Origin: Gammaproteobacteria bacterium
GTDB lineage: Bacteria > Pseudomonadota > Gammaproteobacteria > Steroidobacterales > Rariloculaceae
Length of the DNA stretch: 64,000 nucleotides
Direction of reading: 5' to 3'
Assembly (NCBI GenBank): GCA_036563665.1
Contig: DATCLY010000025.1
Location: forward strand, 21,042 to 85,041
How positions within the stretch are numbered: the first letter of the stretch is position 1; each line of letters begins with the position of its first letter. Of this stretch, positions 43,372 to 52,638 are shown piece after piece. The notes below the pieces were generated by a model that made no database searches, was not told where the DNA came from, and was given only the letters and a program-made list of their open reading frames with translations. The position numbers and the translations under genes are program-made.

Positions 43372-45201
43372 ATGCGCAGAGCTTTGGGGCTCGTCGCGCT
43401 CGCGGCGCTCGCCGCGGCGCTCAAGCCGGGCCAGGCGGCGGCACAGCGGGCCGCCCCGGCCCCGTCCCCGGCCTTCTCGGCCGAGGAGCTCACGGCCTGG
43501 CCGACAAACGGCTGGATCACGAACGGCGGCAACGTCTACAACCAGCGCTACTCGCCGCACACGCGCATCAACCGCGACAACGTGGCGCGGCTCACGCCCC
43601 GCTGGCGCACGCACCTGAACGGCTCGGGCACCGACAGCAAGTACTCGGGTCAGGCGCAGCCGCTCGTCTACGAGGGCGTCATCTACATCCCCACCGGCGC
43701 CAACGACGTCTTCGCCATGGACGTGAAGACCGGCGAGATCCTCTGGACGTACGAGGCGCACCTTTCCCCGGACCTCGTCGCCATCTGCTGCGGCTGGATG
43801 AGCCGGGGCGTGGCGATGGGCGACGGCAAGATCTTCTCGGGTCAGCTCGACGGCAAGCTCGTCGCGCTCGATCAGGCGACGGGCCGGGTGGTGTGGTCCG
43901 TGCAGGCGGAGCGGAACGAGGACGGCTTCAGCATCACGTCCGCGCCGCTCTACTACGACGGCCTCGTGATCACCGGCTTCGCGGGCGGGGACCGGGCCAC
44001 GCGCGGCCGCGTGAAGGCGTTCGACGCCAGGACGGGCGAGCTCGTGTGGACGTTCTACACGATTCCGGGCCCGGGAGAAGTCGGGCACGACACCTGGCCC
44101 GACTGGAACGACACGTGGATGTACGGCGGCGCCGCGGTCTGGCAGACGCCCGCCGTCGATCCCGAGCTGGGCCTGGTCTACTTCTCCACCGGCAACCCGG
44201 GGCCGGACTTGAACGGCTCGGTGCGGCCCGGCGACAACCTGTTCAGCGTGTCGATCGTCGCCGTCGACGCGAAGACCGGCGAATACCGCTGGCACTTCCA
44301 GCAGGTGCACCACGACCTCTGGGACTACGACTCGCCCAATCCCGTGGTCCTGTTCGACGCGATGTACGACGGCGTGCTGCGCAAGGGCATCGTGGAGGTG
44401 GGCAAGACGGGCTTCGTCTACATCCTGGATCGGATAACGGGCGAGCCGCTGATCGGCATCGAGGAGCGGCCGGTGCCGCAGGAGCCGCGGCAGGCAACCG
44501 CCGCCACGCAGCCGTTCCCCATCGGCGACGAGCTCATCCCGCACGAGATCGACATCCCGCCCGAGGGGTACGAGCTCGTGAACGATGGCCGCATCTTCAC
44601 GCCGTTCTGGGACGAGCCCGTGATCGTGAAGCCGCTCGGCACGGGCGGCGCCAACTGGCCGCCGAGCTCCTACGATCCCGAGACCAACCTGTTCTACGTC
44701 TGCGCGAACGACGGCGCGGCGGCGTACTCCACGAGCGAGGGCGGTGCCGAGTGGCTCATGCCGCAGCCGGGCTCACGCTACTTCGGCGGCGAGTACACAC
44801 GCTCCGGGGTGCCGCGGCGCGGCATCTTCGGCGCCGTGGACTTGAAGACCAATCGCATCGCGTGGCGCCAGCAGTGGGGCGACATGTGCTACGCGGGGTC
44901 CATCGTCACGCGCGGCGGCCTCGTGTTCATCGGCCGCAACGACGGGCGTATCACCGCGCTCGACAAGGCGAACGGCAAGCTGCTCTGGGAGTTCCAGACC
45001 GACGCCGGCATCCATGCGGCGCCGAGCACGTTCGAGCACGACGGACAGCAGTACCTCGTCGTGCTCTCGGCGGGGTCGTTCTTTCCCGGCACCAAGCGGG
45101 GCGACAGCGTCTGGCTGTTCGCGCTCGGCGGCGCCGAGGAGCCGAGCGGCGGCACGTCCACGCCGCCGGCCGTCGGCGGCGAGGAGACGCTCACGCACTG
45201 A
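43372..45201 (+). CDS. Periplasmic PQQ-dependent alcohol dehydrogenase family protein (D-Y-D, lanthanide-type signature)
   Basis: ATG 43372 with GGGGGA upstream. Signal peptide MRRALGLVALAALAAALKPGQAAA. Vicinal Cys pair in AICCGWMSRGVA, beta-propeller W-motifs and HHDLWDYDSPN at 44311..44343. Confidence 0.93.
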   Translation: MRRALGLVALAALAAALKPGQAAAQRAAPAPSPAFSAEELTAWPTNGWITNGGNVYNQRYSPHTRINRDNVARLTPRWRTHLNGSGTDSKYSGQAQPLVYEGVIYIPTGANDVFAMDVKTGEILWTYEAHLSPDLVAICCGWMSRGVAMGDGKIFSGQLDGKLVALDQATGRVVWSVQAERNEDGFSITSAPLYYDGLVITGFAGGDRATRGRVKAFDARTGELVWTFYTIPGPGEVGHDTWPDWNDTWMYGGAAVWQTPAVDPELGLVYFSTGNPGPDLNGSVRPGDNLFSVSIVAVDAKTGEYRWHFQQVHHDLWDYDSPNPVVLFDAMYDGVLRKGIVEVGKTGFVYILDRITGEPLIGIEERPVPQEPRQATAATQPFPIGDELIPHEIDIPPEGYELVNDGRIFTPFWDEPVIVKPLGTGGANWPPSSYDPETNLFYVCANDGAAAYSTSEGGAEWLMPQPGSRYFGGEYTRSGVPRRGIFGAVDLKTNRIAWRQQWGDMCYAGSIVTRGGLVFIGRNDGRITALDKANGKLLWEFQTDAGIHAAPSTFEHDGQQYLVVLSAGSFFPGTKRGDSVWLFALGGAEEPSGGTSTPPAVGGEETLTH

Positions 45202-45780
45202 TCAGAACCGGTACACCATGCCGATGTTCACGGCCGAGGCATCGGCCTCGTCGAAGTCGTACCACTGATACTCGCCGCGAATGCTGAAGTTGCGCAGGTC
45301 CAGGCCGAAGTCGTACTGGACGCCGAGCGTGGCCGTGCTGCCCCGCTCGTGAGCGTCGAAGAAATCCACCTCGCCGAACCCGCTCACGCTCACGGTGCCG
45401 CTCGCGTCCGCGGAGTAGTAGCCGACGCCGGCGAACAGCTTGAAACGATCGAGGGGCAGCGAGCCGATGATTTTCGCGGCGTAGATGTCGTACGTGAGAT
45501 CCACCTCCAGCCCCAGCGTGCCGAGCCCGGGAATCGTCGCCTCGAAGTCGTCCTCGAGGTCGCCGGTTCGGCCGATGTTGGCTTCCACCGCGAAGTAATC
45601 GTTGAAGCGGTACCCGCCGATGATCTGATAAGCGGGGGTCGAGTCGGAGACGACGCGCGTGCCGACCTCTTCCTCGTAGTCGAAGGTGCCGAAACCGGCG
45701 CCGATGTACCCGCCGCCCTCGCCCTGCGCGTGCGCGAGCTGCGCGAGACCCAGAAAAGCCAGCAGAGCGAGGCGGTTCAT
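45202..45780 (-). CDS. Small outer-membrane beta-barrel protein (OmpA-like/OmpW-like barrel)
   Basis: ORF 45202..45780(-). Signal peptide MNRLALLAFLGLAQLAHAQ. Alternating beta-strand pattern with terminal NIGMVYRF. Confidence 0.85.
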   Translation of the reverse strand: MNRLALLAFLGLAQLAHAQGEGGGYIGAGFGTFDYEEEVGTRVVSDSTPAYQIIGGYRFNDYFAVEANIGRTGDLEDDFEATIPGLGTLGLEVDLTYDIYAAKIIGSLPLDRFKLFAGVGYYSADASGTVSVSGFGEVDFFDAHERGSTATLGVQYDFGLDLRNFSIRGEYQWYDFDEADASAVNIGMVYRF

Positions 45781-45911
45781 GAGCTTCCCTCCCGTGGGCG
45801 GCTTGATCAGAAACGCAATCTAGCGGAACTCCGGGGCGCGCGATGTGAAGCGCTTCCGCGCTCGCACCGCGGCCCCGACGCGCCGTCCTCCGGGCGCTGA
45901 GCTCGCAAAGG

Positions 45912-46973
45912 CTATTCAGACCGCGCGGCTTCGATCGACGCCGCGATGTCCATGAACACGCGGGCGTACGCGGCGTTGTCGAGCTGCGCCATGGCGAAGT
46001 GGCCGCCGCCCCGCAGGCCGCGATCGGGCAGCCATACGAAGGACGCGTCGGCGCCCGCCTGGCGCCACACGGCGGCCTGGCACTCGAGCGCGTCACGGTT
46101 CGCGAGCCCGCGCTCGGAGGCGACCAGGACGATCGGCAAGTCCGCGTAGCGCACGAGCCGGCTCGGAGGGTCGGGCTGCATCATGCAACCGTCCCGTTCC
46201 ACGGCCTTGAAGTCGCGCGGCAGCGGCGGCTCGGCGGTCCACTCGACGATCAGCGGCGGGCTGCCGCCGAACCCGGGCGCGGTCGGGTTGGCGCCCGCGG
46301 CCTCGAACGCGATGATGCCGACGACGTTGCTCGCGTTGCGCTCGGGCACGCGGAACGTGCTGCCGCCGCCGGCCGAATGCGCCAGCAGGATGGCCGGGCC
46401 GATCTCGTCGAGCAGCGCGGAGATCGTCTGCGCGGCGAGCGCGTCGCCGCAGTAAGGCGCCGTCGTCGAGCTCGCGGTCCAGCCGACGACGGCGGGGTTC
46501 GTGGGCGTGGGCTCGCCGCCGGGCCACACGTCCGCATCGGACGTCGCGAGCCGGGAGATGATCGCGGAGTTGGCGACGCCCACGCTGCCGTTGCCGCAGC
46601 CCGAGTTGCTCTGCGAGCGCCCGTGGCCCGGCCGGTCCACCACGTAGACGTCCCAGCCGTCCGCCACGAAGTAGTCGACCCAGCCGTCGCGTCCGTCCGG
46701 CGTCTCGAGCCAGTCCGTGCCCTGCCCGCCGCCGCCGTGGATCATCACCACGGGATAGCGGTGCCGGCGCTCCGCCGGCAGCAGGTACTGGACGAACATC
46801 GCGTTGCGCACGTCGAGCGAGCCGTCGTCCTTCGCCTGCGTGGTGTAGCCGACGAACCTCGCGCCGACGTCGCGCAGCTCGAGACGTCCCGCCTCACCGC
46901 CCGCGAGCACGGGCGCGGCGGCCATCGCCGCCACAGCAGCGACGGCGAACGAATATCGGGCCATTGCCTGCAT
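45912..46973 (-). CDS. Secreted alpha/beta hydrolase
   Basis: ATG 46973 with GAGGAG 8 nt upstream. Signal peptide MQAMARYSFAVAAVAAMAAAPVLAG. Blocks VVMIHGGGGQG, nucleophile elbow AHSAGG and late GGGHFA. Confidence 0.85.
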   Translation of the reverse strand: MQAMARYSFAVAAVAAMAAAPVLAGGEAGRLELRDVGARFVGYTTQAKDDGSLDVRNAMFVQYLLPAERRHRYPVVMIHGGGGQGTDWLETPDGRDGWVDYFVADGWDVYVVDRPGHGRSQSNSGCGNGSVGVANSAIISRLATSDADVWPGGEPTPTNPAVVGWTASSTTAPYCGDALAAQTISALLDEIGPAILLAHSAGGGSTFRVPERNASNVVGIIAFEAAGANPTAPGFGGSPPLIVEWTAEPPLPRDFKAVERDGCMMQPDPPSRLVRYADLPIVLVASERGLANRDALECQAAVWRQAGADASFVWLPDRGLRGGGHFAMAQLDNAAYARVFMDIAASIEAARSE

Positions 46974-47169
46974 TCGAAAAACTCCTCGTTGACGGAACGG
47001 CCGCCACGCGGCGGCCGCAAGCCGGGAAGGCTCGGATTTGATCGTTGGCCCGCGCAAAAAGCAAGCGCGGCACGGGGAATTTCCGCCCAGCGCCGTTGTC
47101 TCTTTTCCGGCTCGGCACGCGCGGCACGCCACTTGCGTCGCCGCTGAGCCACGAGTTAATTAGGGTGCC

Positions 47170-47191
47170 GGCGCCGCGCGCCCGCGGCGCC
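47170..47191. other. 9-bp GC hairpin GGCGCCGCG-CGCC-CGCGGCGCC in a divergent intergenic region
   Basis: Read directly. The arms at 47170..47178 and 47183..47191 are exact reverse complements. It lies 50 nt upstream of the NEW3-protein start. Confidence 0.3.
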
Positions 47192-47193
47192 TC

Positions 47194-47240
47194 CCAACCA
47201 CAAGGAACAAGAAGGAGCCAACCACAACAAAGGAGGCAGA
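47194..47240 (+). promoter_or_regulatory. C/A-rich tandem leader with repeated GGA motifs upstream of the NEW3/ABC operon
   Basis: CCAACCACAA occurs twice (47194..47203 and 47218..47227). Each copy is followed by an AAGGA(G) element (AAGGAA, AAGGAG, AAGGAGG). The last serves as the SD for GTG 47244. Confidence 0.3.
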
Positions 47241-47243
47241 ACC

Positions 47244-48398
47244 GTGCGCGCAGTCCTGGTCACGATCACCGCCTCGTCGCTGCTCTCGAGCGCCGCCCTG
47301 GCGCAGGACACCGACTACCGCGGCCTGTGGGTGTCGACGCCCTATCCGTCGATCGAGGTCGCGCCCGGCGACGACATCTCCTTCTCCCTCACCGTCCACA
47401 ACGCCAACCGGCCGCCCCAGCGCGTCGCGCTGAGCGTGCTCGACGCGCCCGAGGACTGGGACGTGCGCCTGCTCGGCGGCGGCAAGCCGGTGGGCGCGGT
47501 GTTCGTGGGACCGGACGCCACGGCCAACCTCCAGCTCGAGCTCGAGCCGCCTGCGGGCACGGCCAAAGGCGAATACTCACTCACGGTGCGCGCGGCGGGC
47601 AGCTCCGACCGCTTCGATCTGCCGCTCGAGGTCGTGATCGGCGAGACGCCGCCCGCGAAGCTCGAGCTCGATCCGGAGCTGCCGATCCTGCCCGGCACGC
47701 CCGATACCGCGTTCCGCTTCAACGTGGAGCTCGAGAACGGCACCGGCGAGGACGCGCTGATCGCGCTCTCGGCGGACGCCCCGCCGGGTTTCCAGGTGTC
47801 GTTCAAGGAGCGCTTCGGCTCCCAGCGGCTCTCGAGCGTGGCCGTTGAGGCCGGCCGGACGCAGGGCCTCGAGATCGAGGTGAGGCCGCCGCAGGGCACG
47901 GAAGCCGGGCGCTATCCGGTCACCGTGCGCGCGATGGCGGGCGAGGTGGCGGCAACCACCGAGCTCATGCTCGACGTGAGCGGGCAGCCGGCGCTGCGGC
48001 TGACGGCGCCCGGAGAGCTCTTGTCCGGGCGCGTGGAAGCCGGCGAGCAGACGCCGCTGCAGCTCGTGCTGCAGAACACCGGCAGCGCGCCCGCGCAGGG
48101 CGTGCGCTTCTCCGCGTCGCAGCCGCAGGGCTGGGAGATCGAGTTCGAGCCCGAGACCGTGCCGGTGCTGCCGCCCGGCGAGCGCGTGGAGGTGCGCGCG
48201 CTCGTCACGGCGCCCGCCGAGGCCATCGCCGGCGACTACATGCTGACGCTGCGGGCGAACGCCGACGCGGCGTCGGCCAACTCCGAGTTCCGCGTCACCG
48301 TGCGGACCTCGACGCTCTGGGGGATCGTGGGCCTGGTCGTGATCGCGGCCGCCGTGGCCGTGCTCGCGCTCGCCGTCATGCGCTACGGGAGGCGTTGA
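47244..48398 (+). CDS. Exported NEW3/CARDB-like repeat protein with C-terminal membrane anchor
   Basis: ORF 47244..48398(+), GTG start after AGGAGG. Signal peptide [21 protein letters not shown]. Three Ig-like repeats each end in a GxYxxTVRA-type strand ([27 protein letters not shown]). Terminal [23 protein letters not shown]. Confidence 0.8.
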   Translation: MRAVLVTITASSLLSSAALAQDTDYRGLWVSTPYPSIEVAPGDDISFSLTVHNANRPPQRVALSVLDAPEDWDVRLLGGGKPVGAVFVGPDATANLQLELEPPAGTAKGEYSLTVRAAGSSDRFDLPLEVVIGETPPAKLELDPELPILPGTPDTAFRFNVELENGTGEDALIALSADAPPGFQVSFKERFGSQRLSSVAVEAGRTQGLEIEVRPPQGTEAGRYPVTVRAMAGEVAATTELMLDVSGQPALRLTAPGELLSGRVEAGEQTPLQLVLQNTGSAPAQGVRFSASQPQGWEIEFEPETVPVLPPGERVEVRALVTAPAEAIAGDYMLTLRANADAASANSEFRVTVRTSTLWGIVGLVVIAAAVAVLALAVMRYGRR

Positions 48399-48400
48399 CC

Positions 48401-49336
48401 ATGACCGCCGTGATCGAAGCGCGCGGCCTCACCAAGCGCTACGGCGGGATCACGGCCGTCGACGGCATCGACCTCGAGATTCGCCGCGGCGAGGTGTTCG
48501 GCCTGCTGGGCCCGAACGGCTCGGGCAAGACGACGACCATCCTGATGCTGCTCGGGCTCACCGACGTCACCGCCGGCAGCGTGCGCGTGCTCGGGCTCGA
48601 TCCCGCGCGCGAGCCGCTCGCCGTGAAGCGGCGCGTGGGCTACATGCCGGACACGGTGGGCTTCTACGAGCACCTGTCGGCGCGCGCGAACCTGCGCTAC
48701 ACGGGGCGCCTCGCCGGCATCGACCGGGCCGTGCTCGACGAGCGCATCGACGCCGCGCTCGCGCAGGTGGGCTTGAGCGAGGCGGCCGACCGGCGCGTGG
48801 GCGCCTTCTCCGCCGGCATGCGCCGCCGGCTCGGGCTCGCCGACGTGCTGCTCAAGGAGCCCGAGATCGCGATCCTCGACGAGCCCACCAACGACCTCGA
48901 TCCCACGGCCACGCGCGAGTTCCTCGATCTCATCCTCGCGCTCAAGGGCCGCAACATCACGGTGCTCCTGTCGTCGCACCTGCTCGAGCGCGTGCAGGCC
49001 GTGTGCGACCGCGTGGCGCTGTTCCACCGCGGCCGCGTGGCGCTCGAGGGCACCGTCGCCGCGCTCGCGCAGCAGGTGCTGGGCGGCGGGCATCGGATCA
49101 TCCTCGAGGCGGACGGCGCCGAGCTCGAGCCGGCGCTCGAGCGCCTGCAGGGCGTGGTCGGCGTGAGCACGCCCGAGCCCGGCCGCTACGTGATCGAAGC
49201 GTCCGAGGACGTGCGCGCGGCCGTCGCGGCGGAAGCGGTGCACGCCGGGGCGGCCGTCAAGTCGCTCGCGCTCGAGCAGCCGAGCCTGGCCGAGGTGTAC
49301 GCGAGCTACTTCAGGAGGCTGCGCGATGCGGCGTGA
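48401..49336 (+). CDS. ABC transporter ATP-binding protein (ABC-2/DrrA-like)
   Basis: ORF 48395..49336(+). ATG 48401 is preferred over TTG 48395. Walker [10 protein letters not shown], signature [12 protein letters not shown], Walker [11 protein letters not shown]. Confidence 0.95.
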   Translation: MTAVIEARGLTKRYGGITAVDGIDLEIRRGEVFGLLGPNGSGKTTTILMLLGLTDVTAGSVRVLGLDPAREPLAVKRRVGYMPDTVGFYEHLSARANLRYTGRLAGIDRAVLDERIDAALAQVGLSEAADRRVGAFSAGMRRRLGLADVLLKEPEIAILDEPTNDLDPTATREFLDLILALKGRNITVLLSSHLLERVQAVCDRVALFHRGRVALEGTVAALAQQVLGGGHRIILEADGAELEPALERLQGVVGVSTPEPGRYVIEASEDVRAAVAAEAVHAGAAVKSLALEQPSLAEVYASYFRRLRDAA

Positions 49337-50288
49337 AGGATCTCCCTGGACCGGGCTCGCCACCGTGGTGGCGAAGGAGATGGCCGACCACCTCACGAGC
49401 GCGCGCATGCGGATCCTCGAGGGGCTGATCGTGCTGATCGCGGCCGGCACGCTCTACACGTCGATCGGCATGCTGCGGCGCACCACCGTGGAAGATCCGT
49501 TCCTGTTCCTGCGGCTCTTCACGATCGCCGATGCGCCGCTGCCGTCGTTTCTGTCCTTCCTGGGCTTCTTCGTGCCGCTGATGGCGATCGCGCTCGGCTT
49601 CGACAGCATCAACGGCGAGTATGCGCGCCGCACGCTGTCGCGCGTGCTCGCGCAGCCGATCTACCGCGACGCGCTGATCTTGGGCAAGTTCCTCGCGAGC
49701 CTCGCGACGCTCGCGCTCACGCTCGCGGCGCTGTGGCTCATCGTGACGGGGGCCGGGCTGCTGTTCCTCGGCGTGCCGCCGAGCGGCGAGGAGGTGCTGC
49801 GGGGCATCGGCTTCCTCGTCGTCACCATCGCCTACGCCGCCGTGTGGCTCGCGCTCGCGATGCTGCTCTCCACGACGTTCCGGCAGGCGGCCACGGCGGC
49901 GCTCGCGGCGCTCGCGGTGTGGCTGCTGTTCTCGATCTTCTGGCCGATCATCGTGGACTTCCTCGCGCCGCTCTTCGTGGGGCAGCCCGCGGACCTCGTG
50001 GCCGCGCTGCAGGCGGCCGCGGACCGGGCGCAGGCGCAGCTCGCGCTGTCGCGCGTCTCGCCGAACACGCTCTACGGCGAGGCGACGCTCGCGCTGCTCA
50101 ACCCCGAGACGCGCACGCTCGGCCTCGTGTTCTTCGGCCAGCTGCAGAACGCGATCGTGGGCGCGCCGCTGCCGCTCGGGCAGAGCCTGCTCTTGATCTG
50201 GCCGCACGTCACGGGGCTCGCGGCGGCGGCGATCCTGCTCTTCACGCTGACCTACGTGCTGTTCCAGCGGCAGGAGGTGCGGGCCTGA
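49326..50288 (+). CDS. ABC-2 type transporter permease
   Basis: ORF 49326..50288(+). Overlaps the ATPase gene by 11 nt. Six hydrophobic spans, with the N-terminus [18 protein letters not shown] typical of ABC-2 permeases. Confidence 0.85.
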   Translation: MRREGSPWTGLATVVAKEMADHLTSARMRILEGLIVLIAAGTLYTSIGMLRRTTVEDPFLFLRLFTIADAPLPSFLSFLGFFVPLMAIALGFDSINGEYARRTLSRVLAQPIYRDALILGKFLASLATLALTLAALWLIVTGAGLLFLGVPPSGEEVLRGIGFLVVTIAYAAVWLALAMLLSTTFRQAATAALAALAVWLLFSIFWPIIVDFLAPLFVGQPADLVAALQAAADRAQAQLALSRVSPNTLYGEATLALLNPETRTLGLVFFGQLQNAIVGAPLPLGQSLLLIWPHVTGLAAAAILLFTLTYVLFQRQEVRA

Positions 50289-50294
50289 GGCGGC

Positions 50295-50312
50295 GCGCCG
50301 CGAACGCGGCGC
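50295..50312 (+). terminator. Candidate stem-loop terminator after the ABC-2 permease
   Basis: GCGCCGC-GAAC-GCGGCGC (7-bp stem, 4-nt loop) starts 7 nt after the stop codon. It has no U-tract, so this is weak. Two further GC hairpins follow before avtA. Confidence 0.25.
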
Positions 50313-50404
50313 TCGCGTGAGCACGCCCCGGCGCGCCGCCGAGCGCGTCGGGGCGGAATGGGGGTAAGCTCGGGGCTTCGCCCCGCTCGCCCCCGAGAGA
50401 CCGC

Positions 50405-51691
50405 ATGCCGTTCGAGTTCTCGACCTTCGGACAGCTCTTCACGCGCCCCACGGGCGCGCTCGAGCTGATGGACGACATGGGTCGCGCGCTCGACGGCCAG
50501 CGCGACGTCGCGTTCCTGGGCGGCGGCAACCCCGCGAAGATCCCGGCCGTCCAGGCGCGGCTCGCGCGCCGGCTCGCCGAGATCGCGGCCAACGGGCCCG
50601 AGCTCGACCGGATGGTCGCGAACTACCCGCATCCGGCCGGCGAGCTCGCGTTCCGGCGCGCCCTCGCCCGGCTCCTGGCGCGCGAGTACGGCTGGCGGCT
50701 CACGGCGGACAACGTCGCGCTCACGGCCGGCAGCCAGGCGGCGTTCTTCCTGCTCTTCAACCTGTTCGCGGGACGCGACGCCCAGGGCCGCCGCCGGCGC
50801 CTGCTGCTGCCGATGACGCCCGAGTACGTGGGCTACGCGGACGTGGGCCTCGAGCCGGACCTCGTCGTCGCCCGCCGCCCGGTCATCGAGGAGCTCGACG
50901 CGCCGTTCTTCAAGTATCGGATCGACTTCGCACGCCTCGGGCTCGGTGACGACGTGGGCGCCGTCTGCATCTCGCGCCCCACGAATCCGACCGGGAACGT
51001 CATCGGCGACGCCGAGCTCGCCGAGCTCGGGGCCCGCTGCGCGGCCGCGGGCGTGCCGCTCATCGTCGACGGCGCATACGGGCGGCCGTTCCCCGACATC
51101 GTGTTCGGCGACGCGGAGCCCACGTGGAGCGACGGCACGATCCTGTGCCTGAGCCTCTCGAAGCTCGGGCTGCCCGGCGTGAGGACGGGCATCGTGATCG
51201 CGCACGCCGAGATCGTCGAGGCGCTCACGCGCATGATCGCGGTGATGAACCTCGCCGTGGGCAGCGCCGGGCCGGTGCTGATGCAGCCGCTCGTCGAGAG
51301 CGGCGAGATCCTCGCGCTCGCCCGCGAGCACGTGCGGCCCTACTATCGAGACAAGTCGCAGCGGGCCTGCGAGCGCCTCGTGCGCGCGCTCGACGGCGTG
51401 CCGTTCAAGGTGCATCGTCCCGAAGGCGCGTTCTTCCTGTGGATCGCGTTTCCCGGCCTGCCGATCACGAGCGCGGAGCTCTATGCGCGCCTCAAGGCGG
51501 CCGGCGTGCTCGTGCTGTCCGGCCACTATTTCTTTCCGGGGCTCGACGAGCCGTGGGCGCATCGCGACGAGTGCATCCGCCTGTCGTTCGCGCAGGACGA
51601 CGAGGTGGTCGAGCGCGGCATCCGCCGTCTCGCGGCCGAGGTGCGCGCGGCGTTCGACGGCGGAGCCTCCGCCGTCACATCTCGACGTTGA
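50405..51691 (+). CDS. avtA: Valine--pyruvate aminotransferase
   Basis: ORF 50405..51691(+), 428 aa. MPFEFSTFGQLFTRPTGALELMDDMG is the AvtA-typical N-terminus. Blocks GGGNPA and the PLP-lysine block LSLSKLGLPGVRTGI. Confidence 0.9.
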   Translation: MPFEFSTFGQLFTRPTGALELMDDMGRALDGQRDVAFLGGGNPAKIPAVQARLARRLAEIAANGPELDRMVANYPHPAGELAFRRALARLLAREYGWRLTADNVALTAGSQAAFFLLFNLFAGRDAQGRRRRLLLPMTPEYVGYADVGLEPDLVVARRPVIEELDAPFFKYRIDFARLGLGDDVGAVCISRPTNPTGNVIGDAELAELGARCAAAGVPLIVDGAYGRPFPDIVFGDAEPTWSDGTILCLSLSKLGLPGVRTGIVIAHAEIVEALTRMIAVMNLAVGSAGPVLMQPLVESGEILALAREHVRPYYRDKSQRACERLVRALDGVPFKVHRPEGAFFLWIAFPGLPITSAELYARLKAAGVLVLSGHYFFPGLDEPWAHRDECIRLSFAQDDEVVERGIRRLAAEVRAAFDGGASAVTSRR

Positions 51692-52511
51692 GCACCACGT
51701 CCGCCTCGGCGCCCGCCATGGACACCGAGAAGCGGTTGATGCCCGGCTTGAACTCCTTGCGCAGCGTCTCGAGGTTCACGCGCCCCTGGAGCTCGTGGCA
51801 AGGCTCGCCGCGGCGGCTGGTGATGATGGACACCATGATGGGCCGGACGGGCGCGCCGTTGACCGCGGTGACGTTCGCCTCGCGGGTGAACGCCCGGTTG
51901 CAGAGCGTGAGCTCGAGCGGCAGCGTGCCCTTCCGCTGATCGAGCTCGTCGTACAGGACGTCCACGGTGAGGTCCGGCAGGTCGCCGAGCTTCAACGTGG
52001 GCAGCGCGTCGTCGGGCAGCGTGATGCGCGTATCCGCGGGGATCGACGCGTCGAACACGGTGCCGACATCCAGCACCGCCTTGCGGCCCGGCAGGAACAC
52101 GGCGGGAAACAGTATGGCCCCCAGGCCGCGCGCCAGCGCGTAACGGTTGCCGCCCGATTGATCGTAGCCGCCGGAGAGCGTGATCTCGGTGCCGTCCACG
52201 GCCTTCACCGACACGGCCATCACGCGCACCGAGCCGCCTTCGCCGCCGATGTCGCTGTCGTCGAGCTTGGAGATGCGCAGCTCCATCGGCGTGCCGGCGG
52301 CGATGACGGTGTGACCGTCCACCACTACGTCCTTCCAGACGTGGCCGTCCACCGGGTAGCCGACCCTGAACTTCCGCTCGCTCGACGTGATGCGCTCGTC
52401 GAGCTCGCCGAACACGACGGTGCCGCGCGGGATGATCACCTCCTTCGCGAGCACGCAGGCGGGAGCGACGGAGGCCAGGACGCCGGATAGGAGCGCGATG
52501 CCGAGTCTCAT
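51675..52511 (-). CDS. Secreted hypothetical protein
   Basis: ORF 51675..52511(-). Signal peptide MRLGIALLSGVLASVAPACVLA. Coherent beta-rich sequence with no recognised domain. Its 3' end overlaps the avtA 3' end by 17 nt (convergent). Confidence 0.7.
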   Translation of the reverse strand: MRLGIALLSGVLASVAPACVLAKEVIIPRGTVVFGELDERITSSERKFRVGYPVDGHVWKDVVVDGHTVIAAGTPMELRISKLDDSDIGGEGGSVRVMAVSVKAVDGTEITLSGGYDQSGGNRYALARGLGAILFPAVFLPGRKAVLDVGTVFDASIPADTRITLPDDALPTLKLGDLPDLTVDVLYDELDQRKGTLPLELTLCNRAFTREANVTAVNGAPVRPIMVSIITSRRGEPCHELQGRVNLETLRKEFKPGINRFSVSMAGAEADVVLNVEM

Positions 52512-52638
52512 GAGCCGTCGATCGGGTAGGTCGGCCGCATCTTACGGCAGGCGTCCGCACGTTGTCGATTCGACAAAATGTTCTTCTGCCCGGGAGGCTC
52601 CCGGCGGAGGGGAGAAGCCCCGGATGGGGCGGCCGGGA

